A stretch of DNA of 55,446 nt from a virus (lineage: Duplodnaviria > Caudoviricetes): positions 1 to 55,446 of IMG/VR virus record IMGVR_UViG_3300030430_001863; one strand, given 5' to 3'. Both the position numbers and the translations under genes were made by a program. Shown here one piece after another: positions 25,855 to 35,546 of the stretch. The notes below the pieces were generated by a model. It was given only the letters and a program-made list of their open reading frames with translations. It was not told the DNA's origin and ran no database searches. Within the stretch, counting starts at the first letter, position 1, and each line of letters starts with the position of its first letter.

Positions 25855-25884
25855 AAAGGGCGGCTTTGCAGTCGCCCTTTTTTT
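25855..25884 (+). terminator. Intrinsic terminator after the MCP
   Basis: AAAGGGCGGC-TTTGCA-GTCGCCCTTTTTTT. Confidence 0.85.
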
Positions 25885-25949
25885 GTGTATAGTTAATTAT
25901 CCTGACAACTCCATTGGGGGGTTGACACTAGCCGAGACAGGAGATGTAC

Positions 25950-26435
25950 ATGGCTAATACTACTTTTAACGGTCCTGTTCGTTCAGAGAACGGGTTTAAA
26001 ACTATTATTAAGAACACCACCACAGGTGCTCTTACCAATGAAATGACTTTGTCTACCTACAGCACTTCAATTACAGTCGCTGCGAGTGGCACAGATCATA
26101 AAGAATCATCAATCGGAATCCCGTCTAACTTTATTCCTATGGGTGTTGCCATCACAGTAACAAGTGCTTCGGCTAACAACGTAAATTTGGTTGATATTGG
26201 TACAGACGCTGATACAGACGGTTTCGTAGATGGCATTGCTATCGCTATTAATTCAACAGGCTTCAAAGGTTTCTTCCCTTGTAATGGTGTGCTTGGTATG
26301 TCTGGTGGCACAACCACCGCTGCTACAGAGACTGCTGACGAAGTTGAACTTGTAATCTCTGGTGCAGCAGGCACAGGTGGCGCGGTTATTGCTCTGAAGT
26401 TCTTTGGTATTGCTTCTGATTCACCAACTGCTTAA
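25950..26435 (+). CDS. Virion structural protein
   Basis: MANTTFNGPVRSENGF; GGAG RBS. Confidence 0.75.
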   Translation: MANTTFNGPVRSENGFKTIIKNTTTGALTNEMTLSTYSTSITVAASGTDHKESSIGIPSNFIPMGVAITVTSASANNVNLVDIGTDADTDGFVDGIAIAINSTGFKGFFPCNGVLGMSGGTTTAATETADEVELVISGAAGTGGAVIALKFFGIASDSPTA

Positions 26436-26447
26436 TAGGAGGCTGAT

Positions 26448-26723
26448 ATGGCTGCTTCTATTTTTGCAAAAACTGCTACGTCAACAGGAAGTTTAATTGG
26501 CGGTAGAACCCGATTAAAATCGTTTGTTGTGCGTTCAGCAGGTAGTGGTTCTCCAGCGGCTGTTTTTAGAAGCGGTGGTGGTTCTGGCACAACACTTTTG
26601 ACTATGACCTTTGTTGCTGGTGATGACACTCAAATCACTATTCCTGATCACGGGATTATATTTGAAGATGGCTGTCATGTCACGTTGACAGCCGTGGACT
26701 CAATAACCGCTTTCTTTGGGTAG
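26448..26723 (+). CDS. Small virion protein
   Basis: IPDHGIIFEDG; AGGAGG RBS. Confidence 0.75.
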   Translation: MAASIFAKTATSTGSLIGGRTRLKSFVVRSAGSGSPAAVFRSGGGSGTTLLTMTFVAGDDTQITIPDHGIIFEDGCHVTLTAVDSITAFFG

Positions 26724-26727
26724 TAAT

Positions 26728-27012
26728 ATGGCTCGTAAAAGAGACAAGCAACCACCCAAAACCAAAAAGTATTTCCGCTCTACTAAAAGTGGAGCGGGAA
26801 TGACTAAGGCTGGTGTTGCTCGTTATAGGCGAGAAAACCCTGGTTCTAAACTTAAAACCGCAGTGACTGGCAAAGTTAAAAAAGGTTCTGCCGCTGCTAA
26901 AAGGCGTAAATCGTTTTGTGCGCGTAGCGCAGGTCAAATGAAGAAGTTTCCTAAAGCGGCTAAGAATCCTAACAGCCGTTTACGTCAGGCAAGGCGGAGG
27001 TGGAAGTGTTAA
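26728..27012 (+). CDS. Highly basic protein (DUF6321-like)
   Basis: RRKSFCARSAGQMKK...RRWKC. Confidence 0.75.
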   Translation: MARKRDKQPPKTKKYFRSTKSGAGMTKAGVARYRRENPGSKLKTAVTGKVKKGSAAAKRRKSFCARSAGQMKKFPKAAKNPNSRLRQARRRWKC

Positions 27013-27269
27013 ACATAAGCACCTTAATTAGTGGCGCAAGCCTTGCGTTTATCGGTTGGATAGCTTTTTCTGTTGTTGAGTTAAAAACAGAAACTGCCGT
27101 CATTTCCGTTAAGGTAGACCAAAACCATAAATTATTAGCAGAACTTTGGGATTATTACCTACAGGAGAGGGTTAATGACAATATCGCGTGGACAACTCGC
27201 AAGCCAGATCTCCAAGCCCCCACAGAAGAAAAAGTGGAGCAAGAAGCGAAAAGCCAAAATAAACTGTAA
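27000..27269 (+). CDS. Membrane-anchored hypothetical protein
   Basis: N-terminal TM. Confidence 0.6.
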   Translation: MEVLNISTLISGASLAFIGWIAFSVVELKTETAVISVKVDQNHKLLAELWDYYLQERVNDNIAWTTRKPDLQAPTEEKVEQEAKSQNKL

Positions 27270-27330
27270 ACGCCCCCGTGGTTTTAGCGAAAGAGCACAT
27301 TGTGCCTCTAAAAAGAAGAGAAAAAAATGA
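27175..27330 (+). CDS. 51-aa basic protein
   Basis: Manual translation MTISRGQLASQISKPP...INCKRPRGFSERAHCA. Confidence 0.65.
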   Translation: MTISRGQLASQISKPPQKKKWSKKRKAKINCKRPRGFSERAHCASKKKRKK

Positions 27331-27452
27331 ATAGAACAAAAAAAGCAAAGGTTAAAAAGGTTATGAGGGGCTTACAAAAGGCTTCAAGAACTCACGCAAA
27401 ACAAGCAAGAACTTTGAAAAGTGTGCTAAATGGCAAAAAGAAAAGATCCTAA
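27327..27452 (+). CDS. 41-aa basic protein
   Basis: Manual translation MNRTKKAKVKKVMRGLQKASRTHAKQA... Confidence 0.6.
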   Translation: MNRTKKAKVKKVMRGLQKASRTHAKQARTLKSVLNGKKKRS

Positions 27453-27726
27453 AGTAGGCACAGGTAAAAAACCAAAGGGAAGTGGCAGAAGACTCTATAC
27501 TGACGAAAACCCAAAAGACACTGTATCTATAAAGTTTGCAACTCCGACAGATGCAAGAAAGACGGTAGCAAAAGTTAAAAAGTTAAACAAACCGTTTGCT
27601 AGAAAAATACAGATACTTACGGTTGGTGAGCAAAGAGCAAAAGTTATGGGCAAGAATCAAGTTGTAAGCATTTTTAAAAAAGGCAAAGAAAGTTTGAGAA
27701 AGGCTAGAGAAAATGCAAAAGCGTAG
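27430..27726 (+). CDS. Basic protein
   Basis: DPKVGTGKKPKGSGRRLYTDENPKDTV. Confidence 0.75.
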   Translation: MAKRKDPKVGTGKKPKGSGRRLYTDENPKDTVSIKFATPTDARKTVAKVKKLNKPFARKIQILTVGEQRAKVMGKNQVVSIFKKGKESLRKARENAKA

Positions 27727-27937
27727 CGGCACACCAAAAGGACTCACCTATTATAAAAAAGGTGGTAAGGTTTCTAAAAAGTCAAAAGGCAGCAAAATAT
27801 GTCCAGAAGGCAAGGCTTGGGCAAAGCGCACATTTGATACATACCCAAGTGCATATGCAAACCTTGCTGCATCAAAATATTGTAAAGACCCGAACTATGC
27901 CAAGAAGTCTAAGGGCGGTAAAAGAAAGGGCAAGTAA
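27713..27937 (+). CDS. Basic protein
   Basis: YKKGGKV, ICPEGKAWAK, YPSAYAN. Confidence 0.75.
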   Translation: MQKRSGTPKGLTYYKKGGKVSKKSKGSKICPEGKAWAKRTFDTYPSAYANLAASKYCKDPNYAKKSKGGKRKGK

Positions 27938-28317
27938 TGGGTGAGCTTAAAGAATGGCTAAAACAGGACTGGGTTCGCATTGGCTCTGATGGAAGCATCA
28001 AGGGTAAATGTGGTACATCTAAAGATAAGAAGAACCCTGACAGGTGTTTGCCGCGCAAAAAAGCTCAAAGCCTTTCAAAACAAGAGCGTGCAAAAACTGC
28101 TCGTAAAAAGAAGAAAGCAGGTAGCAAGGGCCAAACAGTGGTTGCTAACACTAAGAAGGCCAAGGTTCGCAACCTTAACTCAGGCGGCGTGGTTGAAACA
28201 ACTTCTAAACGCAAGTTTAGAGGCAAAAAGATTCCAGGCACCGCTGTTGCAAGAGGTTGCGGTGTGATAATGTCTAACCGTAGAAAGCGCACGAAGGGCG
28301 CAGTAACGCAGTCATAG
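27937..28317 (+). CDS. Basic protein
   Basis: LKEWLKQDW, RCLP..KA, LNSGGVV, RGCG. Confidence 0.75.
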   Translation: MGELKEWLKQDWVRIGSDGSIKGKCGTSKDKKNPDRCLPRKKAQSLSKQERAKTARKKKKAGSKGQTVVANTKKAKVRNLNSGGVVETTSKRKFRGKKIPGTAVARGCGVIMSNRRKRTKGAVTQS

Positions 28318-28326
28318 GAGGTAATT

Positions 28327-28548
28327 ATGGCTATGAAGAAGAAAGGCTACCGTGCTGGTGGTAAAGTGATGAAGAAGAAAGGCTACCGTGCTGGTGGTAA
28401 AGTCAGAAGAATGGCTAAAGGCGGCGCAATGGGCGGTAAAAAGATGAGAATGATGTCCAAAGGCGGTTCTACTGGTGGCAAAAAAATGACTGTTGCACAA
28501 CTTCGTGCTGCTGCTAAAAAGCTAGGATACAAAGTATCTAAAGCCTAA
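28327..28548 (+). CDS. Basic xxGG-repeat protein
   Basis: KKKGYRAGGKV x2 (tandem duplication 28333-28403), MAKGG, MSKGG. Confidence 0.8.
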   Translation: MAMKKKGYRAGGKVMKKKGYRAGGKVRRMAKGGAMGGKKMRMMSKGGSTGGKKMTVAQLRAAAKKLGYKVSKA

Positions 28549-29225
28549 TGCCATATTTATATAGCAACGTTCCCTACTTTAAGGCATGGGTGCGGCGCGA
28601 GTATACTCATAACCATGAGGACTATCATGGTGAGTTTTTGCACGCGATGGTCGTTGGCGTAACGTCCATGCCTAACAGATGTCTGAGTTTCCAAGTTATA
28701 TTTACTGGAAGTGAAGCAGAAGGTGAAGAGGAAGATACGGTACATGGAGGTGCAATGTGGGCTAGGATGCCCATAACCGCTCTAGTTGCTGACATACCTT
28801 TAGAGGAATGGCCTGAACCCATGAACACATATGATGCTCAACCTTGGGATTGTTCATCGCATAATCACGCTGTTTATGTGATAGACCGAGCTACGCCCTG
28901 CCCTTGGTTGGCTAAGATAAACAGTGAGTTTTTTCCTGCAAAATACTTGTTTACAGTAGATTACTCCGAGTCCGAAATAGCAGATGACCCAGCGCAGCAT
29001 AAACAAAGTCATGTTTTGCAACTGCTTGATGCTGGTGAATGGACAGGAAACATCGTTGCACTGCCCAATAATCGTGTAAGAGTTACACACCCTGCTTGGT
29101 TTGAAACAGGTGAAGGTGCGCCACACTTCAAGCCTTCTCAGCATATACACTATTCAAAAAGTGATTTAGACTATACACTAGATGTGAATAGGATATTTGA
29201 TAACCTTTACAATGAGGAAGAGTGA
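28548..29225 (+). CDS. Conserved hypothetical phage protein
   Basis: HGGAMWARMPI, QPWDC, YLFTVDY, LPNNRVR. Confidence 0.75.
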   Translation: MPYLYSNVPYFKAWVRREYTHNHEDYHGEFLHAMVVGVTSMPNRCLSFQVIFTGSEAEGEEEDTVHGGAMWARMPITALVADIPLEEWPEPMNTYDAQPWDCSSHNHAVYVIDRATPCPWLAKINSEFFPAKYLFTVDYSESEIADDPAQHKQSHVLQLLDAGEWTGNIVALPNNRVRVTHPAWFETGEGAPHFKPSQHIHYSKSDLDYTLDVNRIFDNLYNEEE

Positions 29226-29890
29226 TGGCTACTTCAAACTCAAGGGACTTCGCTCTCGATGTTTCAGACATTATAGAAGAAGCATATGAAAGGTGTGGAT
29301 TAGAACTTCGCACTGGTTACGATGCTCGCACTGCACGCCGCTCTATGAACTTGATGTTTGCGGATTGGGCAAACAGAGGCGTTAATCTTTGGACTGTTCA
29401 ACAAAACACCATAACATTAACACAAGGACAAGCCACCGAAACGTTGACAAGCGATGTCGTTGATTTACTTGAAGTGGTTGTTAGAAGAAGCAATACTGAT
29501 ATCAATATTATGAAAGTTAGTCGTGGGGATTATTTGTCTGTTCCAGACAAGACAACACAAGGCCGTCCTAGTCAGTATTACTTCAATAGGCAAACAATTC
29601 CTCAGATAACTTTATGGCCTACTCCAGAAAACAGCACCGATCAGTTAGTGTATTATTATGTTCAAAGAATACAGGATGCTGACACGCTTACTAATGATGT
29701 AGACCTTCCTTTCCGTTTCTTACCCTGTGCTGTTGCTGGCTTATCATATTACATTGCATTAAAGAAGAATCCTCAACTGGTTCAGTTGTTAAAAACTGTT
29801 TATGAAGAAGAGTTTCAAAGAGCCGCTGACGAGGATGAAGATAGAGTATCTCTTAAACTACAACCTGATATTCAATATTTGAGGGTGTGA
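29225..29890 (+). CDS. Head-tail connector/adaptor protein
   Basis: IEEAYERCG, WANRG.NLW, GRPSQYY, LWPTP. Confidence 0.7.
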   Translation: MATSNSRDFALDVSDIIEEAYERCGLELRTGYDARTARRSMNLMFADWANRGVNLWTVQQNTITLTQGQATETLTSDVVDLLEVVVRRSNTDINIMKVSRGDYLSVPDKTTQGRPSQYYFNRQTIPQITLWPTPENSTDQLVYYYVQRIQDADTLTNDVDLPFRFLPCAVAGLSYYIALKKNPQLVQLLKTVYEEEFQRAADEDEDRVSLKLQPDIQYLRV

Positions 29891-30687
29891 TGGCCTTTGC
29901 CTCTGGTAAAAATGCATATGGTATATCAGACCGTTCTGGCTTTCGTTATCGTTTACGAGATATGAAAACCGAATGGAATGGTTTAAAGGTAGGTCCAGAC
30001 GAGTATGAAGAGAAGCACCCACAACTGGAGCCTAGAAGAACTGTTATAGACCCGCAGGCACTAAGAGATCCTCGACCTGATACTAACAATATCATACCAG
30101 CAAAGGTTACTTTTCCATCTTTTAATACAGAAACTCTTCGGTTTACAGAACCTGTATTTATGCGTGGCAGAGTTGGCACAGTTACTTTTAGTGATGATGT
30201 TGTTACCCCAACAGGTGTCAGTGTTACCTTAACTGGTATCAGTGCAACAATATCTCTTAATTCTATAGTTACCCCTAATGCAACTGTTAATCTTACAGGC
30301 GTTAGCGCAACAACCTCCGTTGGTTCTGTAGGTGTATCTATTGACGGAGGTGTAGCTCAAATATTTACAGTAACAGTTGTCAGTACTGGTTATGGTAATA
30401 AGTACTACATAGATGGCGTGCAACAGGCTACAGTAACCTTATCTGAAGGCAGCACATATCGTTTTGATCAATCAGATTCCAGTAATTCAGGGCATCCTTT
30501 AAGATTTTCCACTACATCTAATGGCACACATGCTGGTGGCTTAGAATATACCACAGGAGTTTCTACAAGCGGTACTCCAGGTTCTTCAGGAGCCTACACA
30601 CAAATAACTGTAGATTCTGGCGCACCAACCCTTTATTATTACTGCACGAATCATTCTGGTATGGGCGGACAGGCAAATACACCATGA
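29890..30687 (+). CDS. Virion protein with TGVSAT repeats and C-terminal cupredoxin-like module
   Basis: ISDRSGFRY; YRFDQSDSSNSGHPLRFS; LYYYCTNHSGMGG. Confidence 0.7.
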   Translation: MAFASGKNAYGISDRSGFRYRLRDMKTEWNGLKVGPDEYEEKHPQLEPRRTVIDPQALRDPRPDTNNIIPAKVTFPSFNTETLRFTEPVFMRGRVGTVTFSDDVVTPTGVSVTLTGISATISLNSIVTPNATVNLTGVSATTSVGSVGVSIDGGVAQIFTVTVVSTGYGNKYYIDGVQQATVTLSEGSTYRFDQSDSSNSGHPLRFSTTSNGTHAGGLEYTTGVSTSGTPGSSGAYTQITVDSGAPTLYYYCTNHSGMGGQANTP

Positions 30688-31328
30688 CATATACGTTAAC
30701 AACATTAAAACAAGCAATACAAGACTACGTGGAGAATGATGAAACCACGTTTGTTAACAACCTCAACAACTTTATTGAAAACACAGAAGAGCGTATTCTT
30801 AAACTTGTTGATTTAGATTATTTTAGGAAAAATGTTACCGCATCAGTAACTTCTGGTAATAAGTTTTTAGCTTTACCTAGTGATTATTTAGCCACATTTT
30901 CACTTTCAATTATAAACAGCGGGTCAAATGAATTTTTGCTTCAGAAAGATGTAAATTTTTTGCAAGAATATTCTCCAGATCCAACGGTGACTGGGCTTCC
31001 AAAATACTATGCTTTGTTTGATGTAGACAATCTTATCCTAGCTCCAACTCCTAATCAATCTTACACGGCGGAACTACATTATTACTATAGGCCACAATCT
31101 ATAACTTCTTCAAGTTCAGGCACATCTTGGTTTGGGGAAAATGCTCCAGATGTATTGTTATACGGGTGTTTAGTTGAGGCATATACTTTTATGAAGGGAG
31201 AACCAACAATAATTCAGTTATACGAAAAAAGATTTACAGAGTCTTTAACTAGACTAAAAATTTACGCTGAAGCTGTTGAAAACACAGATGCATACAGGGT
31301 TGGTTTGACGAGGGTGCAAAAGCAATAA
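30684..31328 (+). CDS. Head-tail adaptor-like protein
   Basis: PKYYA, APTP, LLYGCLVEAY.FMK. Confidence 0.7.
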   Translation: MTYTLTTLKQAIQDYVENDETTFVNNLNNFIENTEERILKLVDLDYFRKNVTASVTSGNKFLALPSDYLATFSLSIINSGSNEFLLQKDVNFLQEYSPDPTVTGLPKYYALFDVDNLILAPTPNQSYTAELHYYYRPQSITSSSSGTSWFGENAPDVLLYGCLVEAYTFMKGEPTIIQLYEKRFTESLTRLKIYAEAVENTDAYRVGLTRVQKQ

Positions 31329-32092
31329 TGCAAAAGTTAAAAGGCAAAAACATAGCCATTGTCGCTCTCGGCGGCAGCTTTAGCGACTATGTAAAATCCA
31401 GAATAGTATCAAATAAATATGATGAAGTTTGGGGTATAAACTGCATTGGCGGTATATTTCATGTTGACCGTACTTTTATGATGGATCCTGCTTCGCGTTT
31501 TTTAGATGACATTAAGGCTGGAAAACAAACAGGTATAGCAAAAGAATTTTTATTACAAACCCCAAACAAAGGTCCAATTTATTCCTGTTGTTTGGATGAA
31601 CGAGTGCCTGAAATAGTAGAGTATCCACTTTATGACGTAATTACTAAAACAGAAATAGCCTATTTTAACAACACTGTATCTTATGCTTTGGCTTATGCTG
31701 TTGCTGCACAAGTGAGTAAAATAAACATTTTTGGTGTTGATTTTAGTTACAAACAAAATATTCATTTTGCAGAAGCAGGTAGAGCTTGTGTAGAGTTTTG
31801 GTGTGCTTTTGCAATCTCTAAGGGCATTCAAATAGAAATTGCACCAAATTCTGGCCTTCTTGATACTAATGTTCCTGAAGAAGAAAAATTATACGGGTAT
31901 CATCGTTTAACTGATCCTTTGGTTCAACGAGTTCAAAACGGTCAATTAATAATATCAAGAAAAAGTAAGATTGAAGAGGCTGTTGAAGATACCAGTTTAG
32001 ATCCACCAGAACCGTTAGATATAAAAGAACCTGTTCTTATTGGAAGACATGATGTACCTAACGTAAGCTACAAGGAGGAAAAAAGTGCTTAA
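31328..32092 (+). CDS. Rossmann-like, glycosyltransferase-like hypothetical protein
   Basis: IAIVALGGS, VWGIN, NTVSYA, INIFGVDFSY, GRACVEFW. Confidence 0.55.
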   Translation: MQKLKGKNIAIVALGGSFSDYVKSRIVSNKYDEVWGINCIGGIFHVDRTFMMDPASRFLDDIKAGKQTGIAKEFLLQTPNKGPIYSCCLDERVPEIVEYPLYDVITKTEIAYFNNTVSYALAYAVAAQVSKINIFGVDFSYKQNIHFAEAGRACVEFWCAFAISKGIQIEIAPNSGLLDTNVPEEEKLYGYHRLTDPLVQRVQNGQLIISRKSKIEEAVEDTSLDPPEPLDIKEPVLIGRHDVPNVSYKEEKSA

Positions 32093-32375
32093 CATATCAG
32101 GTAGTATAAATGTAAATCCTGTTAATGTAATGACTTCAGACGAGGGTGGACATAGTTCAGAACAAATTGTTGAACTGGCTATGGATAAGATAATGAGCGT
32201 ATCTAATCAAGCTCCTCCTGCTATACGAGATCAAGCTGAGGCTTTTCAAAATCATTTGCGTGTAGTATTGTATCATTACATTGAATTGGCAAGGCGCGAA
32301 GAACGTGGTACTATTGCCAATAAAATGATGAAAGCTGGAAACAGCGAAATGGCTGACCTCATTAGGAGAATATAG
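32085..32375 (+). CDS. Conserved hypothetical protein
   Basis: APPAIRDQAEAF. Confidence 0.7.
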   Translation: MLNISGSINVNPVNVMTSDEGGHSSEQIVELAMDKIMSVSNQAPPAIRDQAEAFQNHLRVVLYHYIELARREERGTIANKMMKAGNSEMADLIRRI

Positions 32376-32377
32376 AA

Positions 32378-32833
32378 ATGGCTATTACACAAGCAATGTG
32401 TACCTCTTTTAAGCAAGAGCTTCTTGTGGGGACACATAACTTTACAAACTCATCTGGGGACACGTTTAAGTTAGCCCTTTATGCTGTTGGTGGTGGCGGT
32501 AAGTCTAGCACGACTGCTACACTGGGAGCGGCTACAACAGCGTTCACAACCACAGGTGAAGTTGCAAACAGTGGTTCTTACGCATCAGGCGGCGGGTCTT
32601 TGACAAATGTTACCCCGACCACCTCTGGTACAACCGCATTTACTGATTTTGCAGATTTGAGCTTTACCACAGCAACTATTACTGCTCGTGGCGCGTTGAT
32701 TTACAATTCATCAGACTCAAACAAGGCTGTTGCGGCTCTTGATTTTAGTTCTGATAAGACATCAACATCAGGCACTTTTACAATTCAATTCCCAACTGCA
32801 AACGCATCTAACGCGATTATTCGTATTGCATAA
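32378..32833 (+). CDS. Tail structural protein
   Basis: MAITQAMCTSFKQELL..TARGALIYN..FTIQFP. Confidence 0.75.
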   Translation: MAITQAMCTSFKQELLVGTHNFTNSSGDTFKLALYAVGGGGKSSTTATLGAATTAFTTTGEVANSGSYASGGGSLTNVTPTTSGTTAFTDFADLSFTTATITARGALIYNSSDSNKAVAALDFSSDKTSTSGTFTIQFPTANASNAIIRIA

Positions 32834-32852
32834 GACATAGGGATTTTTTCCT

Positions 32853-34253
32853 ATGTCTTTACAGCTTACAAGTCGCTTAATAAGCATACCCGCGCAGAAT
32901 GACGCGACTTGGACGCAGCGAACAGCGGATATATCTGCTTACATTGGTAAGCAGGCAAGAATTGTTGTACTTTATCAGTCTGGAAGCTCTTTTACAGGTG
33001 ACATCCAGCTTGATGATTTTAATATCGGCGGGAATAGTTTTACTGACTTCTCTTCAAGTCAGGGTTTTGAAACCAACGCCTCCGTTGATAATTCTCAAGT
33101 ATCTTCTGGAAATTTAGACTCCATAGCTTCTGAATATCCTGCTTCATGGGAAGCAGTGGGAACTTCTACTAGTGCTTCAGGCAAGTTTGTAAGGGATAGC
33201 GGCGGTACTCCTTCTAGCAATACGGGTAATACTTCTGGTAATACTGGTAGTTTTTACCTTTATGCGGAAACCAGTAGTGGTGGTAGCAACAATGATATTT
33301 GGCTTCGCTCTCCCGAAGTCACTATTAACAATGGCACTTTAGAGTTTTACTCCGCGCAAAACGGCGCGACTTCTGGTGCTATCTATGCTTACCTTGAAAT
33401 ATTAGGTGTTCTTGGCGTAAGCGCAACGGCGACAGCCCAAGGCACTAATGATGAGATACAGAGTTTTGGTGTATTTGTTCAGATACCCAATACGGCTAAT
33501 TCTGGATGGGGTCGAGGCACCTGGGGCGAAGGTGCGTGGAACAGCAGCACTGCTACTAATGTAAATGTTTCTGTAACTGCGGTAACCGCTACCAGTGCTT
33601 TAGGTTCAGAGTCCGTCACAGGTTCAGCAGGTATTGCCGTTACAGGACCGTCAGCTACCTCTGCCCTTGGCTCTATTGTCGTTCAAGCTGGTGGTGCCAT
33701 TTCCGTTGGTGGGCAGGCTGTTTCTGGTTCTGTTGGTTCTGTAACCTTAGAATCAAAGTACGCTGTTACGGGAGTAAGTGGTACAAGCACTGTTGGCGCG
33801 GAAGCCGTCACCGCAGGTGCTCTTGTAGTAGCTACAGGTCTTAGTTCTACAACAGCCATAGGAACAGTTTTAGCGGCTGGCGGTGCTGTTGTTGAAGAAA
33901 CAGGTCTCACTGGGTCTATAGGGTTTGGTGAAGAACAAGTTTCAGCCTCTGCTAACGTGTTTCCAACAGGGGTTTCTTCTACGGTATCTTTAGGTACAAT
34001 TAGCGTTTCTTGTGCCGCATCTACTTTAACAAGTGGACTACAAGCCACAACTTCTATTGGGGTCGTAGAAGTAGATGATATGGCTGTGGGTGTATCAGGA
34101 TTGCAAGCCACTACAAATACTGGTATTGTAACCGTGTGGGGCAGGATTGTCCCTGACCAAGATGCAAATGTACAGGAAATTGTGCCGTCTACGACTAACA
34201 CTTGGAGCGACATAACGGTTACAAGCACTCCAAATTGGAAAGAGGTAGCATAA
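32853..34253 (+). CDS. Tail spike/fibre protein with MAM-like N-terminal domain and TGVSAT repeats
   Basis: GDIQLDDF, TPS.NTG, FYLYAETS, LRSP; GWGRGTWG; Thr/Ser/Gly repeats. Confidence 0.65.
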   Translation: MSLQLTSRLISIPAQNDATWTQRTADISAYIGKQARIVVLYQSGSSFTGDIQLDDFNIGGNSFTDFSSSQGFETNASVDNSQVSSGNLDSIASEYPASWEAVGTSTSASGKFVRDSGGTPSSNTGNTSGNTGSFYLYAETSSGGSNNDIWLRSPEVTINNGTLEFYSAQNGATSGAIYAYLEILGVLGVSATATAQGTNDEIQSFGVFVQIPNTANSGWGRGTWGEGAWNSSTATNVNVSVTAVTATSALGSESVTGSAGIAVTGPSATSALGSIVVQAGGAISVGGQAVSGSVGSVTLESKYAVTGVSGTSTVGAEAVTAGALVVATGLSSTTAIGTVLAAGGAVVEETGLTGSIGFGEEQVSASANVFPTGVSSTVSLGTISVSCAASTLTSGLQATTSIGVVEVDDMAVGVSGLQATTNTGIVTVWGRIVPDQDANVQEIVPSTTNTWSDITVTSTPNWKEVA

Positions 34254-34742
34254 ATGGCAAGTAGCTATACCACAAACACTGGTATCGAAAAACCAGCCAC
34301 TGGTGAACAATCAGGCACTTGGGGCGATACCACAAACACCAACTTTGACATCATTGACACTGCTTTAAATGGTAATGTGACTCTTACATTGTCTGGCACC
34401 AGTTCTACTCTAACCACCTCAGATGGTACAGTTAGTGACGGTATGAACAAAGTTTTAATTTGTTCTGGTTCACCTTCTGGTACTCACACCATAACAGTCG
34501 CACCCAACAATGCAGAAAAAATTTATTTTGTTACCAACAGTTCTGGTCAGTCTGTTATATTCAGCCAAGGATCTGGAGCAAATGTTACTTTAGCAAATGG
34601 CGAATCCAGGATCATTCATTGCGATGGTAATGGATCAAGTGCTGCGGTCACTGATTTTACTTCAACAATGGCGGCAAGCACCACGTTTATTACGGACATT
34701 TCTTCAGGGGATGCTACAGCTTTGGCAATTGCGTTAGGATAA
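34254..34742 (+). CDS. Tail fibre protein
   Basis: GEQSGTWGDTTNTN; ends ALAIALG. Confidence 0.7.
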   Translation: MASSYTTNTGIEKPATGEQSGTWGDTTNTNFDIIDTALNGNVTLTLSGTSSTLTTSDGTVSDGMNKVLICSGSPSGTHTITVAPNNAEKIYFVTNSSGQSVIFSQGSGANVTLANGESRIIHCDGNGSSAAVTDFTSTMAASTTFITDISSGDATALAIALG

Positions 34743-34746
34743 AAAA

Positions 34747-35097
34747 ATGGCAAATACTTTTAAAGTAAAGACAAACAGTGCTATGCCAACTTCTGCTGGC
34801 ACACCTTTGACTTTATATACTGTACCAAGTTCAACAACTTCAGTTGTTCTTGGCTTGATGCTTTGTAACATTAACACCAGTCAGGTAACTGCGGATGTAC
34901 AACTTGTATCAGATACCTCAGACACTGAAACAAACGAAACTGTTTTTCTAGCAAAGGACATACCTATTCCAGCAGGTTCTTCTATAGAGCTGCTTGCGGG
35001 TAACAAAGTGGTTATGCAGACTACCGATGTGTTAAAGATAGACTGCGACACATCAGCTAAGATTGATGCGACTTTGAGTATTATGGAGATAACCTAA
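34747..35097 (+). CDS. Tail structural protein
   Basis: MANTFK..LYTVP..SIMEIT. Confidence 0.7.
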   Translation: MANTFKVKTNSAMPTSAGTPLTLYTVPSSTTSVVLGLMLCNINTSQVTADVQLVSDTSDTETNETVFLAKDIPIPAGSSIELLAGNKVVMQTTDVLKIDCDTSAKIDATLSIMEIT

Positions 35098-35546
35098 TGC
35101 CTTATATTGGCGGCGTACCTGCGGTTAACTTTCAAAGCACTCCTTCAGTGCAACGGTTTAACGGTGACGGATCTGACACGACCTTTACCTTAAACACGAC
35201 TGTTAATTCTGTTCAGGACATACTCGTTTCAGTTGATGGTGTTGTTCAGGATAGCAACGCCTACACTGTTCCTGACGGCACAACACTTACCTTCACCGCC
35301 GCGCCGTCTAGCGGCACAGGAAACATCTTTGTAAACTACCTTGCGCCACAGGAAGGCACTATTGTCCCTGCCGCAGAAAACAAAGGTAATTTTAAGGTTG
35401 GGGGTCTGTTTAGAACAAATGCTCAAACTCTTGCTACAAACACAACTATTCTGTCCACAGAAAACGCTAACGTAACAGGACCACTTACCATCAACTCAGG
35501 TGTTACCCTGACTGTTGAAAGCGGTGGTACATTGGTGACGCTATGA
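35097..35546 (+). CDS. Tail fibre module (MPYIG type), block 1
   Basis: FNGDGSDTTFTL, VSVDGVVQ, TFTAAP. Confidence 0.7.
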   Translation: MPYIGGVPAVNFQSTPSVQRFNGDGSDTTFTLNTTVNSVQDILVSVDGVVQDSNAYTVPDGTTLTFTAAPSSGTGNIFVNYLAPQEGTIVPAAENKGNFKVGGLFRTNAQTLATNTTILSTENANVTGPLTINSGVTLTVESGGTLVTL

